Below are positions 1-7,614 of a stretch of 32,000 bases of DNA, piece after piece. Positions within the stretch are counted from its first letter, which is position 1, and each line of letters starts with the position of its first letter. The stretch is taken from assembly GCF_000179635.2 (NCBI RefSeq), contig NC_014833.1:330001-362000 (forward strand), written 5' to 3'. The translations under genes and the position numbers were made by a program. This stretch comes from Ruminococcus albus 7 = DSM 20455. GTDB lineage: Bacteria > Bacillota > Clostridia > Oscillospirales > Ruminococcaceae. Under the pieces are notes generated by a model. That model was given only the letters and a program-made list of their open reading frames with translations. It made no database searches and was not told where the DNA came from.

Positions 1-550
1 GAGGTATTGTACTCCAGTATTCTCCGTAGAAGATACAGCTTTCATCATACGGCAGACCTGCCTTATCCATTGCTTTGCGAAAGCCTGAGATACGGAGCTC
101 TGATTTTTCATCTCCCTTATGACCACCGATACAATATAACCTGCGGCAATTATGCTTGCGTATAAGATGTTCGGCTGACAAGTACAGAAGCTCACTTTCG
201 GGCATAGTTATCACCGGAAACTCATCCTGCTGATAACCGATCACAACACAGGGCTTTTCGGTTTTGCGGATCATATCAAAAATACGGCTCCGCAGTCTGT
301 CACTGCAAAACAGGTCTGCCAGAAAGATAAAGCCGTCAAAGTCGGATGAAATGATCAGATCATAAATGTTGATCAATCCCTTATTGTAATCCTCGTCTAT
401 CATTTCGTTCATGAAGTTTATAATGCCTGAGAGCAGAATGGTATCATATCCATAATGGATAAATGTTTTATGGATGACTTCTACAAATTTGACATCAAGA
501 TTATTGATCAGGTGCGGAACGATAACACCGATACGTCCTCTGCTATTCAC
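1..550 (-). CDS. PBP1/LacI-type sugar-binding-domain regulatory protein, N-terminal part (3' end lies outside the window)
   Basis: The minus-strand frame is open to the window edge. It is absent from the ORF track, presumably because it is truncated. My translation reads (M)NSRGRIGVIVPHLINNLDVKF..FDGFIFLADL..KPCVVIGYQQDEF..RRLYCIGGHKGDEKSELRISGFRKAMDKAGLPYDE. This is the alternating beta-alpha pattern of LacI/PBP1 ligand-binding domains, with no N-terminal HTH. An SD AAGGAGG (559-565) lies 8 nt before a GTG at 548-550. An alternative ATG at 566-568 would be essentially leaderless. Confidence 0.55.
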   Translation of the reverse strand, partial: MNSRGRIGVIVPHLINNLDVKFVEVIHKTFIHYGYDTILLSGIINFMNEMIDEDYNKGLINIYDLIISSDFDGFIFLADLFCSDRLRSRIFDMIRKTEKPCVVIGYQQDEFPVITMPESELLYLSAEHLIRKHNCRRLYCIGGHKGDEKSELRISGFRKAMDKAGLPYDESCIFYGEYWSTIP

Positions 551-574
551 AGTGACCACCTCCTTCATATACCT

Positions 575-603
575 ATTATACACATACGATTTCCTGCCGT
601 CAA
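575..603 (-). promoter_or_regulatory. sigma-A-type promoter for the truncated regulator gene
   Basis: On the minus strand: -35 TTGACG (598-603), a 17-nt spacer, -10 TATAAT (575-580). The predicted transcription start is near 568. Confidence 0.55.
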
Positions 604-657
604 TAGATTATTTATTATGTTTGGGGCAAAACGCATATTTTTTGGTGCGAAAAATCA

Positions 658-686
658 TTTCATTTTTGGAGATGATGATTTATAAT
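658..686 (+). promoter_or_regulatory. possible promoter of the GH26-esterase gene
   Basis: -10 TATAAT at 681-686, with a weak -35 TTTCAT at 658-663 (17-nt spacer). The SD AAGGAGG at 716-722 lies 8 nt before the ATG at 731. Confidence 0.3.
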
Positions 687-730
687 GTTCAGTATAAGGT
701 CCGGAATGTATACTCAAGGAGGTTATATTC

Positions 731-3496
731 ATGAAACGATTTATTTCAGCAGCACTGATCGCTGCAATGGCGGCAGGAACGGTCTCGCAGTTCCCGCTTC
801 AGGCAACAGCGGCAGGAAACAGCTATGAGCTGGAAAACGGAACCATTTATGATGCAGGAGAGAACACTACAAAAGTACTGTCTTTGACAGGTGCAAGCGG
901 CGGTAAAGTCATCGACCTGAAAGATGCAGGCGATTCTGTTACCATATCAGCCAATATGGCAAGTGCAGGTATGTACAAGCTGACACTGCGTTACAGTCAG
1001 CCCTTTGATGAAGGCGGAAAATACCAGAACATACTTATCAACGGTGAGAATATCGGACAGATACAGTGTGCTTACACAGGTCAGAATAAATTTGCGGAAG
1101 TCAGCACCTTGGCATACCTTGATAAGGGAGCAAACAAGATTACCATTCAGGGATCCTGGGGCTGGACCTATCTTGATAAACTGACGATAGATAAAAGCGA
1201 GGTATCTGTAGGAAACATAAATACATCCCTATCCAATCCGAATGCTTCTGCACAGGCGAAGTCCCTATACAGTTTCTTGTGTGATACTTACGGGGATCAT
1301 ATTATTTCTGGTCAGCAGGAGTCCACTTGGATGGGCAGTGAAGATTATGAAATGAATATCATCAAGAACGCCAGCGGAAAATATCCTGCCCTTCGCGGAC
1401 TTGACTATATGGGCGATGACTTTTCAGGCTGCAACCGTCGTGCAAAAGCATGGTATGCAAAAGGCGGCATTGTTACGATATGCTGGCATTGTGGAAGTGA
1501 TTTCAGCGGAAGCCACTCGGAGGCACTTGCAACTGATCTTGACTGGAACAAGGCGCTGACTCCCGGAACAAATGAGTACAATAAACTCATAGCGGGTATG
1601 GACAAGGGTGCAAAGGCACTGCTGGAACTGAAGCAGGCAGGCATACCTGTTATATGGCGTCCCTTCCACGAATTTGACGGTAAGTGGTTCTGGTGGGGCA
1701 AAGGTGGAGCTGATAATTTCAAAAAGCTCTGGAGGATAATGTACGACCGCTATACCAATGTATGGGGACTTGACAATCTTATCTGGAATCTTGGTTATTG
1801 CGGAGACGTCAACAGCGGCTGGTATCCGGGTGATGAATATGTAGATATTGTCGGAGCTGATACTTACGTAGACAATACCAATTCACTCGTCGGTATATAT
1901 CAGAAAGCAGCACAGGTCACCAATAAAGCCGTTTGCCTGCACGAGAACGGTCCTATACCCGATCCCGATAAGCTGACAGCGGAAGGTGCAAAATGGCTGT
2001 GGTTTATGACATGGCACACTTCGTTCATTGATAGTCATGCTATAAATACAGCTTCGTATGTGAAGCACGTATATACCAGCGACTATGTGCTGACACTTGA
2101 TGAACTGCCTGATGTATATCACTATACTTCGGCAGGCAACAATGATACACCTCAGGAACTTCCTGCGGTGTCCGTTAAATATTCTTCCGGTCATCCCAAT
2201 AATATCATCAGCCGTAATGTTCCTGCATACGCTAGTGCAGGAAGAGCCTCTGACGGAAATGACAACTATTATTATACGGAATGGTCTGCAAATGCACCTG
2301 CATACCTTGCTTATGATCTTTCTTCTGTTCCAAGTTCAGACAGGAAGCAGGTACTTGCGGCATGGTACAATACAGGTACCTTTGATAACATCGGATATTA
2401 CGTCAATAAAAGTAATGAGCCTGTAAATTACACAATTGAACTCAATTCCGCACCGGGAGGTTCCTATCCTGCTGACGGTTGGGTAACTGCCGCAACAGTT
2501 AATGATAACCACTACAGCTCTCGCCAGCATTACATTGATATGCAGGGATACAACTGGATAAGACTTAATGTAAAAAAATCAGATAACGGACTTGTTAAGC
2601 TGAATTTTGATGTGCATAACGCTTCTGAAGGAGTATCTGACAGCTGGCTGTTCTTAGGTGATTCCATCACTGCGGGAAGTATGGTCAACTGTTATGGTAC
2701 AAGCTTTGCAGAGTTTATGAACCGTATTGATCCGAAGTATTATCCCGTTCAGCAGAATGGCGGTATAGGCGGTACATTAAGTTCTGACGGCAAAAATGCT
2801 ATAGATAGCTGGCTTCGCGACAACTCCGCAAAATATGTCAGCATCGCTTATGGCACTAATGATGCGTGGGGCAATCCAAACAATACACAGCGGTATTATG
2901 AGAATGTAAAGTACATGGTAGATGCCGTTATCGCAGCAGGTAAAACTCCTGTTCTGCCTAAGATACCGTATGCTACCAATAAGGATGTTGGCTCTAATAC
3001 AGGCTATTATAATGCGATGATAGATAAACTCTATCAGGAATACGGCTCTAAGATCGTTCACGGACCCGACTTTGATAAATTCTTCAGAGAACACACAGAA
3101 TATCTCAGCAGCGATGGGGTACACCCCAGTTCAGACGGATACGAAGCTATGCGAAAGCTTTGGGCGGAAACTATGTACGCAAATGTCCACTCGGGCAATC
3201 AGAATAGCGAAAAGACTTATCCCGATAATATCCGTGTAAGCTACAGCTCTCAGTATCATCAGATCAGATTTACATGGAACGCAGTGAAGAATGCTCAGAA
3301 CTACGGTATCGCAGTTTATCTGGCAGGAAAGTGGAGGATCCAGACTCAGTCCATACCGTCTTCCACTATGTCATATACAACTCCCAAGAACCTGACACCC
3401 GGCATGACATACAGGGTCGCTATAGCTGCTAAGGTCGGTGGTAAATGGGATACTGCCGGCGCTATCAAGAACTATGTAAGAGTTACTGTAAAGTGA
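731..3496 (+). CDS. Secreted multimodular enzyme: signal peptide, CBM35/CBM6-like module, GH26 beta-mannanase, beta-sandwich module, SGNH/GDSL esterase, C-terminal Fn3-like module
   Basis: 921-aa ORF with a strong SD. The signal peptide reads MKRFISAALIAAMAAGTVSQFPLQATAAG. The CBM35-like block reads YELENGTIYD..AGMYKLTLRYSQ..LDKLTID. GH26 signatures are ICWHCG, WRPFHEFDGKWFWWG (acid/base HE) and CLHENGP (nucleophile E). SGNH blocks are FLGDSITAGS (GDS at about 2657-2665), YGTNDAW and DGVHPS. Confidence 0.9.
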   Translation: MKRFISAALIAAMAAGTVSQFPLQATAAGNSYELENGTIYDAGENTTKVLSLTGASGGKVIDLKDAGDSVTISANMASAGMYKLTLRYSQPFDEGGKYQNILINGENIGQIQCAYTGQNKFAEVSTLAYLDKGANKITIQGSWGWTYLDKLTIDKSEVSVGNINTSLSNPNASAQAKSLYSFLCDTYGDHIISGQQESTWMGSEDYEMNIIKNASGKYPALRGLDYMGDDFSGCNRRAKAWYAKGGIVTICWHCGSDFSGSHSEALATDLDWNKALTPGTNEYNKLIAGMDKGAKALLELKQAGIPVIWRPFHEFDGKWFWWGKGGADNFKKLWRIMYDRYTNVWGLDNLIWNLGYCGDVNSGWYPGDEYVDIVGADTYVDNTNSLVGIYQKAAQVTNKAVCLHENGPIPDPDKLTAEGAKWLWFMTWHTSFIDSHAINTASYVKHVYTSDYVLTLDELPDVYHYTSAGNNDTPQELPAVSVKYSSGHPNNIISRNVPAYASAGRASDGNDNYYYTEWSANAPAYLAYDLSSVPSSDRKQVLAAWYNTGTFDNIGYYVNKSNEPVNYTIELNSAPGGSYPADGWVTAATVNDNHYSSRQHYIDMQGYNWIRLNVKKSDNGLVKLNFDVHNASEGVSDSWLFLGDSITAGSMVNCYGTSFAEFMNRIDPKYYPVQQNGGIGGTLSSDGKNAIDSWLRDNSAKYVSIAYGTNDAWGNPNNTQRYYENVKYMVDAVIAAGKTPVLPKIPYATNKDVGSNTGYYNAMIDKLYQEYGSKIVHGPDFDKFFREHTEYLSSDGVHPSSDGYEAMRKLWAETMYANVHSGNQNSEKTYPDNIRVSYSSQYHQIRFTWNAVKNAQNYGIAVYLAGKWRIQTQSIPSSTMSYTTPKNLTPGMTYRVAIAAKVGGKWDTAGAIKNYVRVTVK
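3218..3493 (+). other. C-terminal Fn3-like module (copy 1 of 4 in this window)
   Basis: YPDNIRVSYSSQYHQIRFTWNAVKNAQNYGIAVYLAGKWRIQTQ..TYRVAIAAKVGGKWDTAGAIKNYVRVTVK. It aligns with the C-termini of the ORFs at 14662..16248 (two copies) and 20006..21397. Confidence 0.7.
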
Positions 3497-3631
3497 TCGG
3501 TTTACTGGATCAGAAATTCCCCTCCCAGTAACACTTCATTATGGAACGATAAAAGCGTGTTGATCGCGTTTGATCCGATCATGCAGGAGTTGTTATTGGC
3601 ATATAGATTCATACTACCAATATATGACCGC

Positions 3632-3664
3632 AAACGGCAGTGCACATCAAGTACACTGCCGTTT
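3632..3664. terminator. hairpin between convergent genes (possible bidirectional terminator)
   Basis: AAACGGCAGTG (3632-3642) pairs with CACTGCCGTTT (3654-3664): 11 bp with an 11-nt loop. The A/T tracts are short and lie inside the stem. Confidence 0.45.
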
Positions 3665-3681
3665 CGGTCCTTATAGGGATC

Positions 3682-3720
3682 AGAACATCATCACGGTATG
3701 ACGGTGTTCTTTTTTATTTT
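3682..3720 (+). terminator. rho-independent terminator for the plus-strand GH26-esterase gene
   Basis: AGAACATC (3682-3689) pairs with GGTGTTCT (3703-3710), including one G-U pair. TTTTTTATTTT follows. The T-run overlaps the stop codon of the convergent minus-strand gene. Confidence 0.55.
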
Positions 3721-5210
3721 CTTGCCTGTTCAAGGCATTTTTTAACAGCATTCATTATGGCATTTGAACTGTAGGTAGCGCCTGATACTGCATCAACTTC
3801 ATAACTCTGGTAATAGAGGATATCACCTGCGATCTTCTCATATGCTGAGTCGAAATACTCGGGTTCTTCCTCATCGGAATAGGCTGATATTTCAGTGATG
3901 ACATCATTCTCAATGGTTATGGTGACGTGTACATCTCCGTCATAACCGTAAGCTTTATCCTCATAGGTGCCGTTGTTGTAGATGTACTCAGGCTCGGGAG
4001 GCGCAGTGACAGGCGGCTGAGTCTGAACAGGCTCTTTTACTTCCTGACGCTGTTCTTCCTGCTTCTCATGTTTTTCTTCCTGTCTGTTGTCTTTGTGTTC
4101 TTCACGCTGTTCTTTGTGTTCTGATTGGTCTTCATGATCTTCCGTGTCTTCATGCTCATCCTGCTGTTCCTGATCTTCTTCGTGCCCTTCTTCGTCTTTA
4201 TCATCATTATCCGAAGAACTGTCTTTCTTGCCGGAACTTGAACTGTCCTTTTTTGAAGAACTGCTGTCTGATGAACTTTTGCTGTCGGAAGAACTGCTGT
4301 CGCCTGCGGCAGTCGATAAAGTGCCGTCATTGTCTGCACTCAGCCTTAATGCCGCTCTGTCTTCGCCGTCTGTCGGAGAAGTGTCGGTATTCTTCTTTAT
4401 ACTGATGGTCTTTGAAGCGGGTCTGCTCGTTTTTACCTTGTTCTGAGGTTTGCCGTAACTGCAAAAAGCGATGATACCGGTAAGCAGCACTACACAAGCT
4501 GTACTTGCGATATTCAGCCATGCCTTGCTTTCCGGGGACTTCTTCTTTACGTACCACTTTCTTATTCTGAGGATCATGTAAGCTCCGAATACTGCAGTAT
4601 ACACAACACAGCTGAAGAAATAACCTTCTATACCTGCCTTAGCCTTGGGTATAAACAGTATGATGATGTGAAGATATATCAGCGCATAGAAAACGTATGC
4701 CGCACGTTGTATATTCTTCCATTTTTTTGCGTTCATCTTTTTGCGTATCTTCTTGAAAGATATGACTGTAAGCGGTACCATTATCAGCACCAGTGCCGCA
4801 CATACCACACAGGTGAGCAGGAAGTCTGCTGTTTTGCTGAAATTCGGGTTGGTCAGCTGTTTTATATACGATATCCCGAAGAATACTATATGGGACAGCG
4901 TTACTGTTGCCGAGAAGATGGAAAGCTCGCCTCTTATTGGCATCAGGCGCTTTATAGCCTTGCTTCCGTCGGGGAGTACGCGCATACCCATTACGACCAT
5001 CCACAGTGCACCCGCCAGTGCACCTCTTGAAAAAAGCCCTATGACATACTTGCGTATAATGATATTTTCTACGGGCTGTTGTGCCAGTACTATCATAAGT
5101 ACCGATATCAGCGTGCCGCCGATATAGAATGCTGCGGGAGCTTTTTTTAGAGCACCCGCACACAGCACTGAGAACAGCACCGCGATGGTCAGAGCGATAA
5201 GAAATAACAT
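3714..5210 (-). CDS. Membrane protein: ferric-reductase/MsrQ-like polytopic domain, long acidic Ser/His-rich linker, extracytoplasmic FMN_bind domain
   Basis: 498-aa ORF. About 8 hydrophobic helices lie in aa 1-253, with His in helices (TLSHIVFF, LIYLHIIILF) as expected for b-haem ligands. A low-complexity linker spans about aa 254-408. The C-terminal block YEDKAYGYDGDVHVTITIENDVITEISAY..EVDAVSGATYSSNAIMNAVKKCL is an FMN_bind domain with the canonical ApbE target motif. The SD GTGAGGT lies upstream of the ATG at 5210. Confidence 0.85.
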   Translation of the reverse strand: MLFLIALTIAVLFSVLCAGALKKAPAAFYIGGTLISVLMIVLAQQPVENIIIRKYVIGLFSRGALAGALWMVVMGMRVLPDGSKAIKRLMPIRGELSIFSATVTLSHIVFFGISYIKQLTNPNFSKTADFLLTCVVCAALVLIMVPLTVISFKKIRKKMNAKKWKNIQRAAYVFYALIYLHIIILFIPKAKAGIEGYFFSCVVYTAVFGAYMILRIRKWYVKKKSPESKAWLNIASTACVVLLTGIIAFCSYGKPQNKVKTSRPASKTISIKKNTDTSPTDGEDRAALRLSADNDGTLSTAAGDSSSSDSKSSSDSSSSKKDSSSSGKKDSSSDNDDKDEEGHEEDQEQQDEHEDTEDHEDQSEHKEQREEHKDNRQEEKHEKQEEQRQEVKEPVQTQPPVTAPPEPEYIYNNGTYEDKAYGYDGDVHVTITIENDVITEISAYSDEEEPEYFDSAYEKIAGDILYYQSYEVDAVSGATYSSNAIMNAVKKCLEQARK

Positions 5211-5265
5211 ATTTTTATTACCTCACATTCTGTCGTTCGTTTTATACGACTAACTTCAATGAGAT

Positions 5266-5294
5266 ATTATACTTTATGTGAGCGATGTTGTCAA
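5266..5294 (-). promoter_or_regulatory. consensus sigma-A promoter of the MsrQ-like/FMN_bind gene
   Basis: On the minus strand: -35 TTGACA (5289-5294), a 17-nt spacer, -10 TATAAT (5266-5271). Confidence 0.65.
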
Positions 5295-5336
5295 TTAAAT
5301 ATTATATATTTTTACGAAAAGTTAATATTCACAAAA

Positions 5337-5357
5337 TTAGCCTTGGCTAACTTTGCG
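5337..5357. promoter_or_regulatory. palindromic candidate operator between the divergent promoters
   Basis: TTAGCC-TT-GGCTAA is a perfect 6-2-6 inverted repeat at 5337-5350, followed by CTTTGCG. A related TTAGCTATATCTAA-CTTTGCG occurs at 7562-7582. Confidence 0.3.
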
Positions 5358-5420
5358 TGAATTCGTCATTATGTTAGATTAGGTGAGACTAATCAGTGCC
5401 TTATTCGTTTAAAGATACTC

Positions 5421-5449
5421 TTGATTATTTCATGGTGATATAGTATAAT
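5421..5449 (+). promoter_or_regulatory. sigma-A promoter of the apbE operon
   Basis: -35 TTGATT (5421-5426), a 17-nt spacer, -10 TATAAT (5444-5449). This leaves a roughly 105-nt leader before the ATG at 5562. Confidence 0.6.
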
Positions 5450-5561
5450 TATCCATGCGGATAGTAGCGGCTAACTAATTTTGGCAGTGATAAAGAAGTT
5501 ATGGTACTAACGGTGCAGCTGCCTTCGTGACATAAAACAGCGGCAGATCGGAGAGAAAAGG

Positions 5562-6605
5562 ATGAAGAATAAAATTGTGTCAGCTGTTATTACGGCAGTA
5601 CTGTTCATACTTACCTCATGTGCTGCAGATGCTCCCGATGACAGCATCGCAGGTGTGACAGGTGAAAAGAAAAGCAGCGGCTCGGTATTCGCTATGGATA
5701 CCTATATGACGATCACTGCCTATGGTAAAAACGGCGAAAAAGGGATCGAAGCTGCGCAGAAGGAAATAACAAGGCTTGAAAAACTCTGGTCTGTAACTGA
5801 CGAAAACAGTGAGATATACGCTATCGACCACAGCGGCGGAACTGATGTGGAAATAAGTACCGAGACCGAAGAGATACTCAGTTTTGCAACAGATATGCAC
5901 AGACGTACAAAAGGAGCACTTGATATCACCCTTTATCCTGTACTGAGGGCGTGGGGCTTTACCACGGGTGAATACCGTGTTCCCGATGAAGATGAGATAT
6001 CTGCGCTCCTGGAATGTAAGGGCGTTGATATGATAAAGGTGGACAGCGGAAAAGTGTCTGTTCCTGAAAACACCGAGATTGATCTTGGTGCAATAGCGAA
6101 GGGCTGTGCGGGAGATGCTGCGGCAGAGGCTTTGAAAGATCAGGGAGTGACTTCGGCACTGCTTGACCTTGGCGGTAATATACAGACCGTAGGAGATACA
6201 AAGCCTGATGGCACAAAATGGAAGGTAGGCATACGCGATCCCTTCGGGGAGGGAAGTATAGGCACACTATCTGTTGGAGAATGTGCAGTCATAACATCGG
6301 GCGGATACGAAAGATTCTTTGAACAGGACGGAGTGATATACAAGCATATCCTAGACCCTGAAACAGGCAGACCTGCCGAAAGCGGTCTGGCTAGTGTCAC
6401 GATAATCGGAAATGAGGGCAGGACGTGCGATGCGCTTTCGACATCGCTGTATGTTATGGGTCTTGATGATGCCTGCGGATACTGGCGGGAAAATGGTGAT
6501 TTCGATATGATACTGGTATCGGATGAAGGCGGTATATATGTGACCGAAGGCATATCCGATAGTTTTGCTCCTTCAGCGGGAAATGTAACAGTGGTAAAAA
6601 GATGA
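5562..6605 (+). CDS. apbE: FAD:protein FMN transferase (ApbE/Ftp), lipoprotein
   Basis: 347-aa ORF. The lipobox is FILTSC. Family blocks are FAMDTYMTITAYG, LDITLYPVLRAWGF, IDLGAIAKG, LLDLGGNI, AVITSGGYERFF and YKHILDPETGRPA. Confidence 0.93.
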   Translation: MKNKIVSAVITAVLFILTSCAADAPDDSIAGVTGEKKSSGSVFAMDTYMTITAYGKNGEKGIEAAQKEITRLEKLWSVTDENSEIYAIDHSGGTDVEISTETEEILSFATDMHRRTKGALDITLYPVLRAWGFTTGEYRVPDEDEISALLECKGVDMIKVDSGKVSVPENTEIDLGAIAKGCAGDAAAEALKDQGVTSALLDLGGNIQTVGDTKPDGTKWKVGIRDPFGEGSIGTLSVGECAVITSGGYERFFEQDGVIYKHILDPETGRPAESGLASVTIIGNEGRTCDALSTSLYVMGLDDACGYWRENGDFDMILVSDEGGIYVTEGISDSFAPSAGNVTVVKR

Positions 6606-6961
6606 GAACAAGAACTATCTGTATCATCATTACATTGTTGATACTTTCGACAGCTGCGGTATGGTGCGCACACATCATGAAACCGAAAAACGGCAAAACA
6701 GCAGTTATATCACAGGACGGCAAAGTGCTTTACCGCATAGACCTTTCATCTGAAAAGGACAGGACTATAGAAGTAACATACAATGGCAGAAAAAATATCA
6801 TTGAGATAAAAGACGGCAGGATACGTATGAAGGATGCTGATTGTCCCGACCATATATGTGTGGATACAGGATGGCTGGAGGACGGTAAGCCCATAGTATG
6901 TCTGCCGAACAGACTTGTGATAGAGTATGAGGAAAGCGATATCGACGGTACAGCGAGGTGA
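6602..6961 (+). CDS. NusG domain II-containing (DUF1312-type) membrane-anchored protein
   Basis: 119-aa ORF. Its ATG overlaps the apbE stop (ATGA at 6602-6605). It has an N-terminal TM anchor, then IEIKDGRIRMKDADCPDHICVDTGW..GKPIVCLPNRLVIE, typical of this family. Confidence 0.8.
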   Translation: MRTRTICIIITLLILSTAAVWCAHIMKPKNGKTAVISQDGKVLYRIDLSSEKDRTIEVTYNGRKNIIEIKDGRIRMKDADCPDHICVDTGWLEDGKPIVCLPNRLVIEYEESDIDGTAR

Positions 6962-6962
6962 G

Positions 6963-7469
6963 ATGATGGATACAAAAAAACTTACGCGCCTTGGTCTGCT
7001 GACCTGCCTTGCGCTTATAATATTCATTGTTGAATTGCGTATACCCGATATCGTTCCCATTCCCGGGGTAAAACTTGGTCTTGCAAACATTGTGACCGTG
7101 TATTGCATTTACAACTACCGCCCTGGAGAAACTGCCATGATGCTGTACAGCAGGATACTTCTGGGGGCACTGTTCAGCGGCAATCTTATGGCGCTGTGGT
7201 ACAGTATAGCAGGCGGCACCCTCTGCTTTGTCGGTATGGTTTTTCTGAAAAAGATCATACATGAGGACAATATGTGGTTTTTGAGCATAGCAGGTGCTGT
7301 GCTGCATAATATCGGTCAGATAGCCGTTGCTATACTTGTGCTGAAAAGTACGTCGGTCATAGCATATCTGCCATTCCTGATGTTATCGGGGTGTATCGCT
7401 GGAGCTTTCACGGGTCTGTGCGCACAGATGGTCTGCAGAAGACTTAAAAGATCCGGCAAGGTTAGCTAA
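6963..7469 (+). CDS. Gx transporter family protein (Hpre_diP_synt_I / ECF S-component-like)
   Basis: Family blocks are LTRLGLLTCLALIIFIVE, PGVKLGLANIVTV, YSIAGG and GAVLHNIGQIAVA. I place the start at the ATG at 6963 (MMDTKK), 2 nt after the upstream stop and behind GAGGTG, rather than at the longest-ORF start at 6927. Confidence 0.85.
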   Translation: MMDTKKLTRLGLLTCLALIIFIVELRIPDIVPIPGVKLGLANIVTVYCIYNYRPGETAMMLYSRILLGALFSGNLMALWYSIAGGTLCFVGMVFLKKIIHEDNMWFLSIAGAVLHNIGQIAVAILVLKSTSVIAYLPFLMLSGCIAGAFTGLCAQMVCRRLKRSGKVS

Positions 7470-7499
7470 AACTTACTTGTAAACATTTGTCAAAAAGAA

Positions 7500-7528
7500 T
7501 TGACGAATTTCTAGTGATATGGTATGAT
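7500..7528 (+). promoter_or_regulatory. sigma-A promoter (extended -10) of the dockerin-protein gene
   Basis: -35 TTGACG (7500-7505), a 17-nt spacer ending in TGG, -10 TATGAT (7523-7528). Confidence 0.6.
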
Positions 7529-7614
7529 ACTAATGCAGAAACAAGGTAATATGCCATGCGGTTAGCTATATCTAACTTTGCGGCATAAATATATAATGAT
7601 AAGGAGTAGTAAAT

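Noticed and set aside
4639-5163. 174-aa ORF on the same strand as the MsrQ-like gene, in another frame. Also the small ORFs at 3927..4124, 4037..4339, 4228..4446 and 4327..4557.
   Set aside because: These are alternative frames of a gene whose main frame gives coherent TM helices and an FMN_bind domain. The ORFs in 3927-4557 are artefacts of the low-complexity Ser/Asp/Glu/His-coding tract, which lacks stops in several frames.
5450-5561. The apbE leader considered as an FMN (or other) riboswitch
   Set aside because: I could not find the conserved FMN-riboswitch core segments. Only short GGCAG/CTGCC pairings are present, which is too weak to call. An Infernal scan would settle it.
6140-6673. 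177-aa minus-strand ORF (with 5616..5900, 5720..5929, 5959..6267 and 6454..6723) overlapping apbE
   Set aside because: These ORFs are antisense to a gene with unmistakable ApbE family motifs. They have no SD, and their composition is Ser/Pro/Cys-rich with no recognisable domain. That is typical of shadow ORFs.
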